From IMG/VR virus record IMGVR_UViG_3300025120_000036, positions 4,974 through 68,973 of that record: a stretch of 64,000 nt of DNA. One strand, 5' to 3'. A program made the translations under genes and the position numbers. Source of the DNA: a virus. Positions 18,364 through 30,800 of this stretch are shown here, one piece after another; the stretch's first letter is position 1; the number at the start of each line of letters is the position of its first letter. The notes under the pieces were generated by a model. That model saw only the letters and a list, made by a program, of their open reading frames with translations, was not told the DNA's origin and did not search any database.

Positions 18364-21300
18364 ATGGCCACAACAGATAGACAGAACAGATTACTAGTTG
18401 CTGAGGATTGGCGTAAAATTTACACCTCTTTCCAACAAGCAGATTTTAAATCATACGATTTTGAAACCATTCGTAGAACAATGGTAGCATATCTAAGAGA
18501 GAACTATCCTGATGATTTCAACGACTATATTGAATCATCTGAATACGTTGCCTTACTAGATTTGATTGCATACATATCACAATCACTTTCATTTAGAGTA
18601 GATTTAAATGCCAGAGAAAATTTTTTAGAAACAGCAGAAAGAAGAAATTCGGTTTTAAGATTAGCAAGATTAATTAATTATAATGCCAAAAGAAATTTAG
18701 CGGCAACCGGATTATTAAAATATTCCTCAGTGTCAACAACTGAAAACATATCTGACTCAGCTGGAACAAATTTAGGCAACGTTACAGTTGTTTGGAATGA
18801 TCCTACTAACTCAAATTACAGAGAACAGTTTATTAATATTTTAAACGCTGTGAATGTTTCAGGTCAAAGATTTGGCAAACCACAAGAGTCAGGCACTATT
18901 GGCGGAATTAAAACTGAAATTTACACAACAAATTCTAACAACACAGATCTACCAGTTTTTAGTTTTAGAAGATCTGTTAGTGGAGTTGATAGAGCATTTG
19001 AAATAGTGCCAAGCACAATTGAAGCATCAGAATCCATTTATGAAAAAACTCCAATACCAGGTGGTGGATTTACATACGTATACAGAACAGATGGCGCAGG
19101 TGATTCATCTAACAATACAGGATTTTTTAGTTTGTTCAAACAAGGAGCTTTACAAAATGTAGAATTCAACATTGATACACCAACTACAAATTTTATTCAA
19201 CCATTAAATGTAAACAACATAAACAATACAGATGTTTGGCTTTATGGTTTAGATGATTTTGGCCAAGTGCAAAATTTATGGGACAAAGTTGCAACCACAG
19301 TTGGAAACAATGCAATTTATAATTCTTTAGCAAAAGATCAAAGAAACATCTACAACGTTATTACAAAAAACAATGATGCGGTTGATCTTGTGTTTGGAGA
19401 TGGCAATTTTTCAAATCTTCCTTCAGGTAGATTTAAAACATATTACAGAGTTTCAGACAACGCAACATTCTCAGTACAACCTACAGATATTAGCAACATT
19501 ACTTTTAGCTTAGGCTACACAGATAAAAATGGTGGCGGACAAACACTTACAGTTACAGCATCATTACAACAATCAATTTACAACGCATCTGCAACAGAAA
19601 GTTCAGATTCAATAAAAGAAAAAGCGCCACAAGTTTATTATTCTCAAAACAGAATGATTACAGCAGAAGATTACAATGTTGTGCCTTTATCAGCATCTCA
19701 AGACATTGTTAAAGCAAAAGCAACAAATAGAACAGCTTCAGGTATATCAAGAGCTAAAGAAATTATTGATCCTACAGGAGCATATTCAAATGTAAACACT
19801 TTTGCAGATGACGGAATTCTTTACAGAGAAGATACTATGCCAAGTTTTACTTTTACTTTTGCAAATCAAAATGAAATATTAAACACAATTAATAATAATG
19901 TTGAAGGAAAATTAAAACAAGCATCATCAAGACAATTTTTTTACAAAAATTATGGTACAAAACCTTTAAGCACTTTAAGTGCAAGTTGGGTATCAACTAC
20001 TACAGGCACTAATACTAATACAGGTTACTTTAATGCAGGCGGTCCTTTGTCTGTTGGAGAATATGCAACCTCAAATTTAAAGTATGCTACTGTAGGCGCA
20101 TTAATAAAATTTACTTCGCCAGATACTAGAGAATTTTTAAATGGCAAATTAGTCACTGCAAACTCCACTGATGCAGAAGATAGATCATGGGCAAAAGTTA
20201 GTGCAGTCACAGGTGACGGAGCAAACTCTGGTGTAGGAAATTTAGAATCAGGAATAGGACCAATTACACTTAATAATGTAATACCTGCCAATGCAGTATT
20301 GAACGCAATTTTTCCTGTATTTGCTACAACCTTTACAGCAACTCTAAAAACTGATTTGATAGATAGAATTAATTCTTACGAAACTTTTGGTTTAAGATAC
20401 AACGTAGATTTAGGCGAATGGGTTGTAATTTCCTCAGCAAATTTAAGTACAGATACAACTTTTTCATTGAGTAATGCTGGAAGTACTGCGTCTACTAATT
20501 CAGATGCAAGTTGGTTCTTTAAGTTTACAAATGACGGAAACACATACACGGTAGCATACAGATCATTAGCTTATATTTTTGAATCAGAAAGTCAAAACAA
20601 ATTTCATTTTGATAAAACAGAAAAAATTTACGATTATACCACAGGAAAATCAGTTAAAGACACAGTAACAATTTTAAAAAACAACACAATAGTTTCAACA
20701 GGATTAGGTGTTGGTTATCAATTACCATGGCAAGTTGTAGACACTGTTGAAGAAGCTGACGGATACCAGGACAACAGAAAAGTACAAGTTGGATTCCTCG
20801 ATGATGACGATGACGGAGTTGTTGACAATCCTGAACTTTTTGATATAATTGTTGAGCCAGATACTAGTGTATCAACAAAATTTGTATTCTTTGAAAAATA
20901 TACAAGTTACAACAATATACAAAGATTCAAACCGTATGCTTCATCTAATTTTGTAATAGCCGAAAACGAAACAAGTATAACATTACCAGGTGCATACACA
21001 GACGGACAACTGTTTTATTTTTATGCTACCGATGAAGATGTTATTAAAAAATATGATTCAACAGCAATATCATTGACTACCACAACAGATTATATTGCAA
21101 GAAGAGGTAGATCAAGTATTGATTTCAAATACAAACACAACGCAGGACAAGACACAAGAATTGATCCTAGTGTTAGTAACATTGTTGATTTATATCTATT
21201 AGAAAGGAATTATGATTCAAGATTTAGAGGATGGTTAAGAGAAGGCGGAACAAAACCAACAGCTTCTACATCGGATCAATTAAGAATTAGTTATAGCGGA

Positions 21301-21885
21301 TTTTTGAATCCACTAAAAGGATTATCTGATCAAATTGTATATCATGCTGTAAAATACAAAATACTTTTTGGATCTAAAGCAGATGATTCATTCCAAGCAA
21401 CATTTAAAGTTGTAAAAAATACATCTAGCAACGTTACAAATGCAGTTATAAAAACTAGAACAATCCAAGCTATAAATGAATTTTTTGCTTTGGATAATTT
21501 TGACTTTGGAGATACTTTTTATTTTACAGAATTAGCGGCATACGTTCATCAACAACTAGCACCTGATTTGCTAACTGTGGTGATTGTGCCAAATCAAAGC
21601 GGTCAGAGTTTTGGGTCATTATTCCAAATTTCTGGAGCAACAGACGAAATTTTTATCAGTGGGGCCACCGTTGATGATGTTTCTATAATTGATGCATTAG
21701 GAGCCAACCAATTGGTAGCTTCTGGCACAGTTGTAACATCAACCACAACAGCTACAACAAGCACTAGATCAACATCAGCAGTATCATCAGTGACCTCTAC
21801 AACATCAGGAACAGGATATAGTTCAGGAAGTTCTTCTTCTGGAAGTTCTTCGTCAAGTTCCGGCAGTAGTGGGTCAGGATACTAG
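18364..21885 (+). CDS. gp6: Baseplate wedge subunit
   Basis: DF..YDFE, D...RENFLETAERR.SV.RLA..I.Y, FGDG, QNRMITAEDY motifs. Confidence 0.88.
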   Translation: MATTDRQNRLLVAEDWRKIYTSFQQADFKSYDFETIRRTMVAYLRENYPDDFNDYIESSEYVALLDLIAYISQSLSFRVDLNARENFLETAERRNSVLRLARLINYNAKRNLAATGLLKYSSVSTTENISDSAGTNLGNVTVVWNDPTNSNYREQFINILNAVNVSGQRFGKPQESGTIGGIKTEIYTTNSNNTDLPVFSFRRSVSGVDRAFEIVPSTIEASESIYEKTPIPGGGFTYVYRTDGAGDSSNNTGFFSLFKQGALQNVEFNIDTPTTNFIQPLNVNNINNTDVWLYGLDDFGQVQNLWDKVATTVGNNAIYNSLAKDQRNIYNVITKNNDAVDLVFGDGNFSNLPSGRFKTYYRVSDNATFSVQPTDISNITFSLGYTDKNGGGQTLTVTASLQQSIYNASATESSDSIKEKAPQVYYSQNRMITAEDYNVVPLSASQDIVKAKATNRTASGISRAKEIIDPTGAYSNVNTFADDGILYREDTMPSFTFTFANQNEILNTINNNVEGKLKQASSRQFFYKNYGTKPLSTLSASWVSTTTGTNTNTGYFNAGGPLSVGEYATSNLKYATVGALIKFTSPDTREFLNGKLVTANSTDAEDRSWAKVSAVTGDGANSGVGNLESGIGPITLNNVIPANAVLNAIFPVFATTFTATLKTDLIDRINSYETFGLRYNVDLGEWVVISSANLSTDTTFSLSNAGSTASTNSDASWFFKFTNDGNTYTVAYRSLAYIFESESQNKFHFDKTEKIYDYTTGKSVKDTVTILKNNTIVSTGLGVGYQLPWQVVDTVEEADGYQDNRKVQVGFLDDDDDGVVDNPELFDIIVEPDTSVSTKFVFFEKYTSYNNIQRFKPYASSNFVIAENETSITLPGAYTDGQLFYFYATDEDVIKKYDSTAISLTTTTDYIARRGRSSIDFKYKHNAGQDTRIDPSVSNIVDLYLLERNYDSRFRGWLREGGTKPTASTSDQLRISYSGFLNPLKGLSDQIVYHAVKYKILFGSKADDSFQATFKVVKNTSSNVTNAVIKTRTIQAINEFFALDNFDFGDTFYFTELAAYVHQQLAPDLLTVVIVPNQSGQSFGSLFQISGATDEIFISGATVDDVSIIDALGANQLVASGTVVTSTTTATTSTRSTSAVSSVTSTTSGTGYSSGSSSSGSSSSSSGSSGSGY

Positions 21886-21887
21886 CA

Positions 21888-24800
21888 ATGGCAGACGTAC
21901 CAGTTAATTCAACATCCAACAGTGCAACTTACAAAGATAAAAACGGAACTGTAATAAGAAGATCAATAGCTCATCTTCCTGCATTTTACAGAACAGATGC
22001 TAACGAAAGATTTTTAAACAGCACAATAGATCAATTAATACAACCAGGACAACTTGAAAGATTAGATGGATTTATTGGTAGAGAATACGCATACACTAGA
22101 AACACAACAAAAGACAAATATATTACTGCCACTAGTACAGACAGAAAAAATTATCAACTAGAACCTACGGTAACATTTACAGATCAAGATACTTCAAGTG
22201 TAAATCCGGAAGATCAAGTAAAGTTCACAGGCACATATGATGATTACATCAACCAAATTAATTTTTATGGCGGCTTTACAGATAACCATGATAGACTAAA
22301 CAAAGAAAAAGTTTACGCATGGAATCCAGCAATAGACTACGACAAATTAATTAATTACAGAGAATACTATTGGGTACCAGATGGTCCTAATGCAATAGCT
22401 ATAAGTTCAGTTGGCACAGGGTCAACAACAGAAATTGATGTTGTAAACAATGCCGCTGGAGCATACCAATTTGGAATTAAAGGCAACACAAATAATCCAA
22501 CAATTGAATTATACAGAGGCAACACTTACAAATTTAAAGTAAATGCTCCAGGTCATCCTTTTTACATAATGACCGAACCATTTAAAACAGGAATTGCTTT
22601 AGATGGTTCAACTTCTGTAATTTGGAGCACAGGAGTAACAAACAACGGCACAGATTCAGGTACAGTTGAATTTGTTGTACCAGCAGACGCACCAAATAGT
22701 TTATTTTATCAATGCGGTAATCACACTGCCATGCATGGAGTCATAAATGTTAAGACTGTAACATCAACTACAAAAATTGATGTAGTGAATGATATAATTG
22801 GTTCAAGAACATACACAACAACTTCAGGAACTGTTTTAAGCAACGGAATGAAAGTAAAGTTTGGCAGTAATGTTTCAGATATTACAAACTATTCAGGTAA
22901 CGAATTTTATGTTGAAGGAGTTGGTGAGTCAATTACATTGTCAAATATATCAGGATTAATAACACCGGAATCTTACAGTACTGAAACAACAGAATTATAT
23001 GATACAGTAGCTTACGATCAGAGACCTTATGCTATTGCATTTTACAGACCAGAAACACGAGACTATATTACAATTAAAAGAGATTCACTAGATCAAAATG
23101 CATGGTCAAGATATAACAGATGGTTCCATAAATCTGTGCTTGAAACGACTGCAATAGCAAATGGTGGTGTAGCAAACTTATTAGAAGAAGACAGAGCAAA
23201 GCGTCCTATAATTGAATTTGATTCTGGACTTGCACTTTACAATCATGGTTTACAAGCAAAAACATCAGTTGCTTTGGTTGACACAGTAACCACTGACGCA
23301 TTTTCTCAAATTGTAAACACAGGAGGTTACATCGTTGATGGTGTGTCTTTAGCAGAAGGTATGAGAGTGCTTTTTACAGCAGACACAGACAACCTTGTAA
23401 AAAATAAAATTTTTAAGGTTAGTTTTCATACAGTAGACGATTCCACAATACTTGCAGGTAAAAAAACAATTATTGCTTTAACTGAAGAAGATGACGCAAC
23501 ACCTGTAGATGGTGAATGTGTATTTGTAGAGTTAGGCACAAACAATCAAGGAAAAACTTATTTTTACAACGGCACAACAAAAATTTGGGCAGTTGGACAA
23601 ACTAAAACAGGCGTCAATCAGCAACCGTTATTTGATATGTTTGATAATAATCATACTAGTTTTGGAAACACTACAACATATCCAAATACAAGTTTTAGTG
23701 GAGCAAAAGTTTTTGAGTATGAAACATCAGACACAGCAGTCACTGATACTGTATTAGGAATTAAAGTAAAATACAAAACTATAAACAATGTTGGAGATAT
23801 CGTATTTAAATCAGATATTTCTTCCGGAACCTTTACTTACAAAAGTGGAGACGAATTTTTAACTAAAAGTAATGGAGCAGGACATTTACATTATACAACA
23901 GGACTTACAACACATAATTCAAAAAGCGGCTGGATTGAAAGATCTGTAGAATCTAAACAAAGAGTTATAAACACAGTTGTTGTTACAGCAGATGAAAAAT
24001 TATTATTTCCAATAAATGTTTACAAAAATTCTGCTAATTTAAGTGATTTAGAAGTTTCAGTAGAAGTTAATCATATAAGAAAAAATTTAACTACTGATTA
24101 TACTTTAGCAAGTGGTACGGTTAACAAGTATGTTAAATTTGTAAAAGAATTATCAGTTGGAGATATAATCAAAATTCAAACTTATTCAGCAACTAAAAAA
24201 GTTAACGGAAAAGGCTTATATGAAGTACCTGAAAATTTAAGTACAAATCCTCTTAACACTCAATTGGGAGAATTTACTCTTGGTGAAATTTTAAATCACG
24301 TAAATGACATTATTGTCAAAAACAATGACGTGGTTGGCACAACACCAGGCTCAAGCAACCTAAGAGATTTGCCAGATGTCAGAACAAAAGGTGGAACTAT
24401 ATTACAGCACTCAGGAGCCCTACCAGCCGGAATATTCAACTTAATTGATCAGAGTGCAAATGCAATCACATCTTTAGATTACGTAAATTTAGAATATCAA
24501 AAATTTAAAGATAATTTTTTAGCACAATCTACAGGAAAAACTTTTGAAGGCGACGTTGCAGACTTTGTTGACACAATTATTGATACACTAGGACAAACTA
24601 AATCTTCTAGTTTTCCTTTTTACTATGAAGACATGGTTGGTTATGGACCAAATGTTTCTTTAAGAACTTACACTGTATTAGATTCATCTGAAGTAGAATA
24701 TGCAATAGATTCTCAACACACTATGTCAACACCTAGCAACAGAGCTGTGTATGTTTACTTGAATGACGTACAGTTGTTACTAGGCACAGACTATACTTTT

Positions 24801-27800
24801 AGTACAACAGATGACAGTATAACCATACTTGCCACTATTGCAGTAAATGATATTATTAAAATTAAAGACTATGCAAGTACTACTGGAAGTTTTGTTCCAC
24901 CTACGCCAACTAAACTTGGAATGTATCCAAAGTTTAAACCAGAATCAATCACTGATAACACTTATAGAACAAGTCAAACTGTTATTGTAGGACACGACGG
25001 GTCAAGAACAATCGCTTATGGAGATTACAGAGACGATCTACTGATAGAATTAGAAAAAAGAATTTACAATAACTGTAAAACTGCATACGATTCATCTTTG
25101 TTACCTTTCTCTGATGTAAAACCTTCAGCTTTTACAAAAACAGATTATACTAGACAAGAAGTTGATGCAGTTTTAGGACCAGATTTTTATAGTTGGGCAG
25201 GTAAAAACGGTGTTGATTGGCAAAACAATAAAACGTTCAATGCCAGTGATGGCTTTACTTGGAACTACGGATTTTCAAGAAGTCATATTACTAATGATTT
25301 CCTACCAGGCTACTGGAGAGGAATATTTTATCACTTGTATGACACAGATAGACCTCATACGCACCCATGGGAAATGCTTGGCTATTCTGAAAAGCCTAGT
25401 ACTTGGGAAACCGAATACGGACCAGCTCCTTACAGTGCAGGTAACTCTGTGTTGTGGGAAGATCTTGCCGCTGGGTATGATAGGCTTCAAAAGAAAAGTA
25501 TTACAAGATACATAAGAACTAATTTACTAAATTATCTACCTGTAGATGAAAACGGAACTTTAAGAAGTCCAGCATCTATAGGATTAGTGTCAAACGATTT
25601 AACAAGAAATTTAAATAGAAAATGGAATTTTGGCGATCAATCTCCTGGAGAATCAGCTTGGAGAAGATCATCTGCTTATCCTTTTACTGTTTGTAAATTA
25701 TTAGCGATAACAAGACCTGCAAAATTCTTTGGACTGTTTTTTGATAATTCAAGACTTATTGTTAACACCGGTGGAAACTTAATTGATAAAGACACAGAAA
25801 TAAGACAAAATTTAAACACTGCAAAATATCATTTAGAAATAGAAACTGATAGCAAAACAGGTGTTGTCACTAGATATATTACTGCAGGCTATCAGCCTTG
25901 GGTAGTAAATTACTTAATTGCAAATAACCTTGATCCAGCTACGTTTTACTATGACAAAATGAAAGGGTTAGGAGTGCAACTTGCATACAAACTTGGTGGA
26001 TTTACAGACAAACAAAACATAAAAGTATTAACAGATTCAACATCTCCGTCAAGCACTGGAGGATCACAGTTTATACCAGACGAAAACATAAAAGTTTTAT
26101 TTAGAAGTTCAAATCCTGTTGAAAGTTATGATTACTCGGGTGTCTTAATTGAATTAAACACAAACCTTACTCTTGATGGATCAACATTAGAAGGCGGTTA
26201 TAAAGTTATAGGTTACAATACTTTAAGACCTTTCTTTAAAGTTTTTGAACCAATTGTAAATGGAAATAATACAAAGTCCAAAGTAGGAACTGCTGAAGCT
26301 TTAATTTATAACAACTGGGGCATTACAACTAAAACAATAACTTATGGCACGGTGCTGAGAACTGTTCAAGACGTTGTAAACTTTTTAGTTGGATATGGCA
26401 AATATTTAGAATCCAGAGGATTTGTATTTGATAAATTTTCAAATGAAATAAAAGAAGTTAATAATTGGGAAACTTCAGCAAAAGAATTTTTATATTGGAC
26501 AACACAAGGATGGTCGGCTGGTTCGGCAATCACAGTGTCAGCAGGAGCTGACGGATTTAATATTGAAACCAACAATAGTATAATTACCAGATTAAGAAAT
26601 ATGCGTGGCGATTACACAGTAATGGACGCAGGTGGAAGGACTATTGGCACAAAAGATATATCAACTAAAAGGATTGGTACTACTTTTAGTATATCTGCAA
26701 AAAATTCAGAAGTTGGAATATTCAATGCGACAATGAATTCTGTACAAAAAGAACATTTAATTATTTTTGATAATAAAACAGTGTTCAACGATGTTATACT
26801 TGAAACTACTACAGGTTTTAGGCAAGAAAGATTAAAACTAGTTGGTTGGAAAACTGGCGGATGGAATGGAGACTACTATTCTCCTGGTTTTGTTTTTGAC
26901 GAAGCTAAAGTAAGTTTATGGTCCGCAAATACTAACTACGAAATTGGTGACACAGTTGAATATGATGCTAAATTTTTTGTAGCAAAAAAGAATCATAATT
27001 CTTTATCTGCATTTGACTTTGCACAATGGATCAAAAAAGATTCAAAACCTGCACCAGCATTAATTCCAAACTTTGACTATAAAATTTCACAGTTTAACGA
27101 TTTTTACAATTTAGAAACAAATAACTTTGATGAATCGCAACAAGCACTAGCACAACATTTAATTGGATACCAAAGCAGAAGTTATCTAGAAAACTTACTT
27201 GTTAACGATATTTCTCAGTATAAATTTTATCAAGGATTTATTAGAGACAAAGGAACAAGAACAGCAATAGACAGACTTTTGAAAGCACAATTTAACAATG
27301 AAAGTTTAACAATTGAAACGTACCCAGAATGGATGATACGTATTGGTGAGTTTGGAAATGTAGACGGCCTTAAATCTATTCAAATTAAAATGGATGACAC
27401 AACATTCTCAAAAAATATTCAATCAATTGAGCTACTTGACAACGCAAACTCAACTGTAAGTTATGATAGATCTGCTACTGCAACTGTTGATCAGATGTAT
27501 AGCAAACCATTAGATTATACAGCTTCAACAACTTTTGATCATTATGATTACACTCAAGCAGGAATTGACAGAAATACACCTGAAGTTTTCAAAACCGCTG
27601 GCTTTGTAAGACCAGAAGATGTACAACATACTGCTTTTACAAAAGCTGATTTAACAAACTTAGATGCAAATAACATAAAGTCAAATGATCTTGTGTGGGT
27701 AGCGAACACCAGCACATTAGATTCAAATACATCAACATACAATCAATGGGACGTTTTACGTATTACCTCAACTAATTTAAGGGTGAAGTCATTACAGTCA

Positions 27801-30800
27801 TTTAACACTGATACACAATTATTAATCAACACATCAGCTAGTCATACTTTTAAAAAATTGGATTATGTAACTATTTCTAATTCACAATTTACAGAATTAA
27901 ATGGTGCGTATCAAATAATTGATGTGCCAAATGCAACATCAATTTTAATTTCATATGCCAATGCTTCTAGATTAGGCACAGGCGTTAGTATATTAGCTGA
28001 CGGATCTACTTTTGGCACATACGGAAATCTTTACAAATTTGTTAGTGTAAGAGTAAGTTCAATGGATTATGCTAATCAATCTCTTTCTTATAAAGATTAT
28101 CGTGATGCAGATGCAACAAATAAAGCAAACGGTGATAGAATTTTTGCTGATAACACCGCAAGCCTATGGAAAATTTACGAGAAAGTTGAGCCATACACAA
28201 CCACGGTGTTAAATTCACCTAGTACAACAGACAATCAAGATTTTGGTTGGGCTATTACAGGCAGAAACGATGGAAGAACTTTAGTAGTTTCAGCTCCTGA
28301 TTTAGGACAAGGCACAATTAACTTTTACTTTAGATCAAGTTCTGCACCAGGCACAGCTTATACATTACAAACCAGTTTGACAATGACAGACGATGAGGAT
28401 ACAAGTTCTAGACTAGGTTACAGTTTATCATCTAGCATCGATGGCAACTTTATAGTTGCAGGTGCACCATTAGCCAACGCAGTAGCCAACGATGGTAGCA
28501 CAAGATTTACAGATTCAGGACTTGTCAAAGTTTATATTTGGAGTCCATCAACATTTGCATTTACTGAATTGTCTACAATTAGAGCTCCGCATGACGGATC
28601 TAGTGTGAGACACAGAGCAAATTTTGGTTGGTCAACAGCAATAGCAGAGCTTACAGAGTCGGCAGACAGAACAACAACTCCTAAGTATTTGTTTGTTGGA
28701 GCACCAGGACATGAAAATGACACAGGTATTGTTCATATGTACACTTGGGGAATAGGTTCAGATGGTTCCACATATGACACATGGACGCACAATGTATCAA
28801 TACAAAGTGCCGCACCTTCAAACAATGATAGATTTGGACACAAAGTTGCAACCAATGATAACGGTGATATCCTAGCAGTATCTTCTATATCTACAAGCAC
28901 AGCAGGTAAAGTTGAAATTTATATTAGAGGTGGACACACTAATGATGACAGTACAATCAACAGTTGGACACTCGCACAAACTATTGTTGGACTTGCCGCA
29001 GATGGATCAACTCTTAATCAAGCATTTGGTGATGCAATAGCAATGGACAAAAGTGGTGACACTTTGATTGTGTCAGCACCTGGCTATGACAAAACAAATC
29101 AAGCAGATGCAGGTGCAGTTTATTACTACAAATGGAACGCAGACGGATCTACAAACACATATTCATTACAACAAACATTAGAAGCACCAGATGATCAATA
29201 CAACATGAAATTTGGTACTACCCTTGCTATAAATCATGCAGGTGACAGAATAGTAATTGGTGCAGAAAAATTAGGAAACAGTAGAGAGATGAGAATTGAT
29301 ACTGGAGCCACAACATTTGATTTACAAGACACAACATTTATGGATTTAAATATTGGATCAGGCGGGGCCTACACAGCAACCAAATATGATTCAAAATTTG
29401 TAGTAGATGATTTATTAGTTACAACACACGTGAGTTCAAATGATGATTTTGGCAGAGGTGTTTATATCAATGACAGAGGTGTTTACATAGGTGCACCGGA
29501 AGACGATTCATCGTCAGCTGTAGAAAATGACGGAACAGTGACAATATTTGACTTAGATACAGTAGGAAGTTATGCATGGAAAAATTTAGTTACTGAAAGT
29601 AATTTAATTGATAATAGAAAAATTAAATCAGCATTTACTTTTAACAAAGCAAGTAATAGAATTATTGATTATTTAGATTACTACGATCCAATCAAAGGAA
29701 GAATATTAGGTATTGCAGACAGAGAAATTAATTATAAAACAGAATGGGATCCGGCAGTCTACAATGTTGGTTTGGAAACTGACACAGTAAATTCTACAAC
29801 AGCATGGGGAGAAGAACACATTGGAGAAGTATGGTGGGATCTTTCAAAAGCAAGATGGAAAACTTATGAACAAGGTGATCAAGAGTACAGAGCTAAAAAT
29901 TGGGGCCAGTTGTTTCCAGGAGCAACTATAGATGTGTATGAATGGGTTGAAAGTAAACTTACTCCAAGTGAATGGGAAGGACAAGCAGACACCACGGCAG
30001 GGTTATCAAGTAACGTTTCAGGAACACCTTTTGTCGCTGAAAACACAACATTTACACTTAAACAAAAATATAGTTCAGCTTTAGATGGCTTTATAAATTA
30101 TTATTACTTTTGGGTAAAAAATTCAGTATTTTTACCTGACCCAGGACAATCAGTTGTAAGAAGAAAAAATACAACCGCATATGTTTCTAATGTAATTGCA
30201 AATCCAATAGCATCAGGAATTAAATTTTACACAGTTTCAGACAAAAACAAAATTATTACTTTTAATGTTAAAGATAGTTTATTCAATGACAATGTTGTTT
30301 TAAACATAGATTATAGCAGTAACTTAAACGAAGGTGAATCACACGCAGTTTGGAAAATATTCAGTGAAGGTGATGCTGACGATAGACCAAATGCAACTAT
30401 AGAAAACAAATGGTGGGACAGTTTAATTGGAGACGATCAATTTGGAAATCATGTTCCAGATTTAGACTTGCCTCTGAATAGAAAATATGGTACAGGACTA
30501 AGACCAAGACAAAGTTGGTATGTTGATAGGTATGATGCTCTTAAGCAAATTATTGATTATGCTAATACAGTGATGAAACAATATCAATTGGCAAACACTA
30601 TTGACAAAACAAACTTAGAGTCAGAAGAAGCACAACCTACTGCGGCATCAGGCGAATGGGACGGATCTGTTGACACTTACGCAGATCTTACATACCTAGA
30701 TACAAGAGAAATTAGTGGCTTGTCCAAATATTTGGTCAAAGCAGACGAACAAAATTCAAATGGTTACTGGGCAATATATCAATGGAGTGGTACAGAATGG

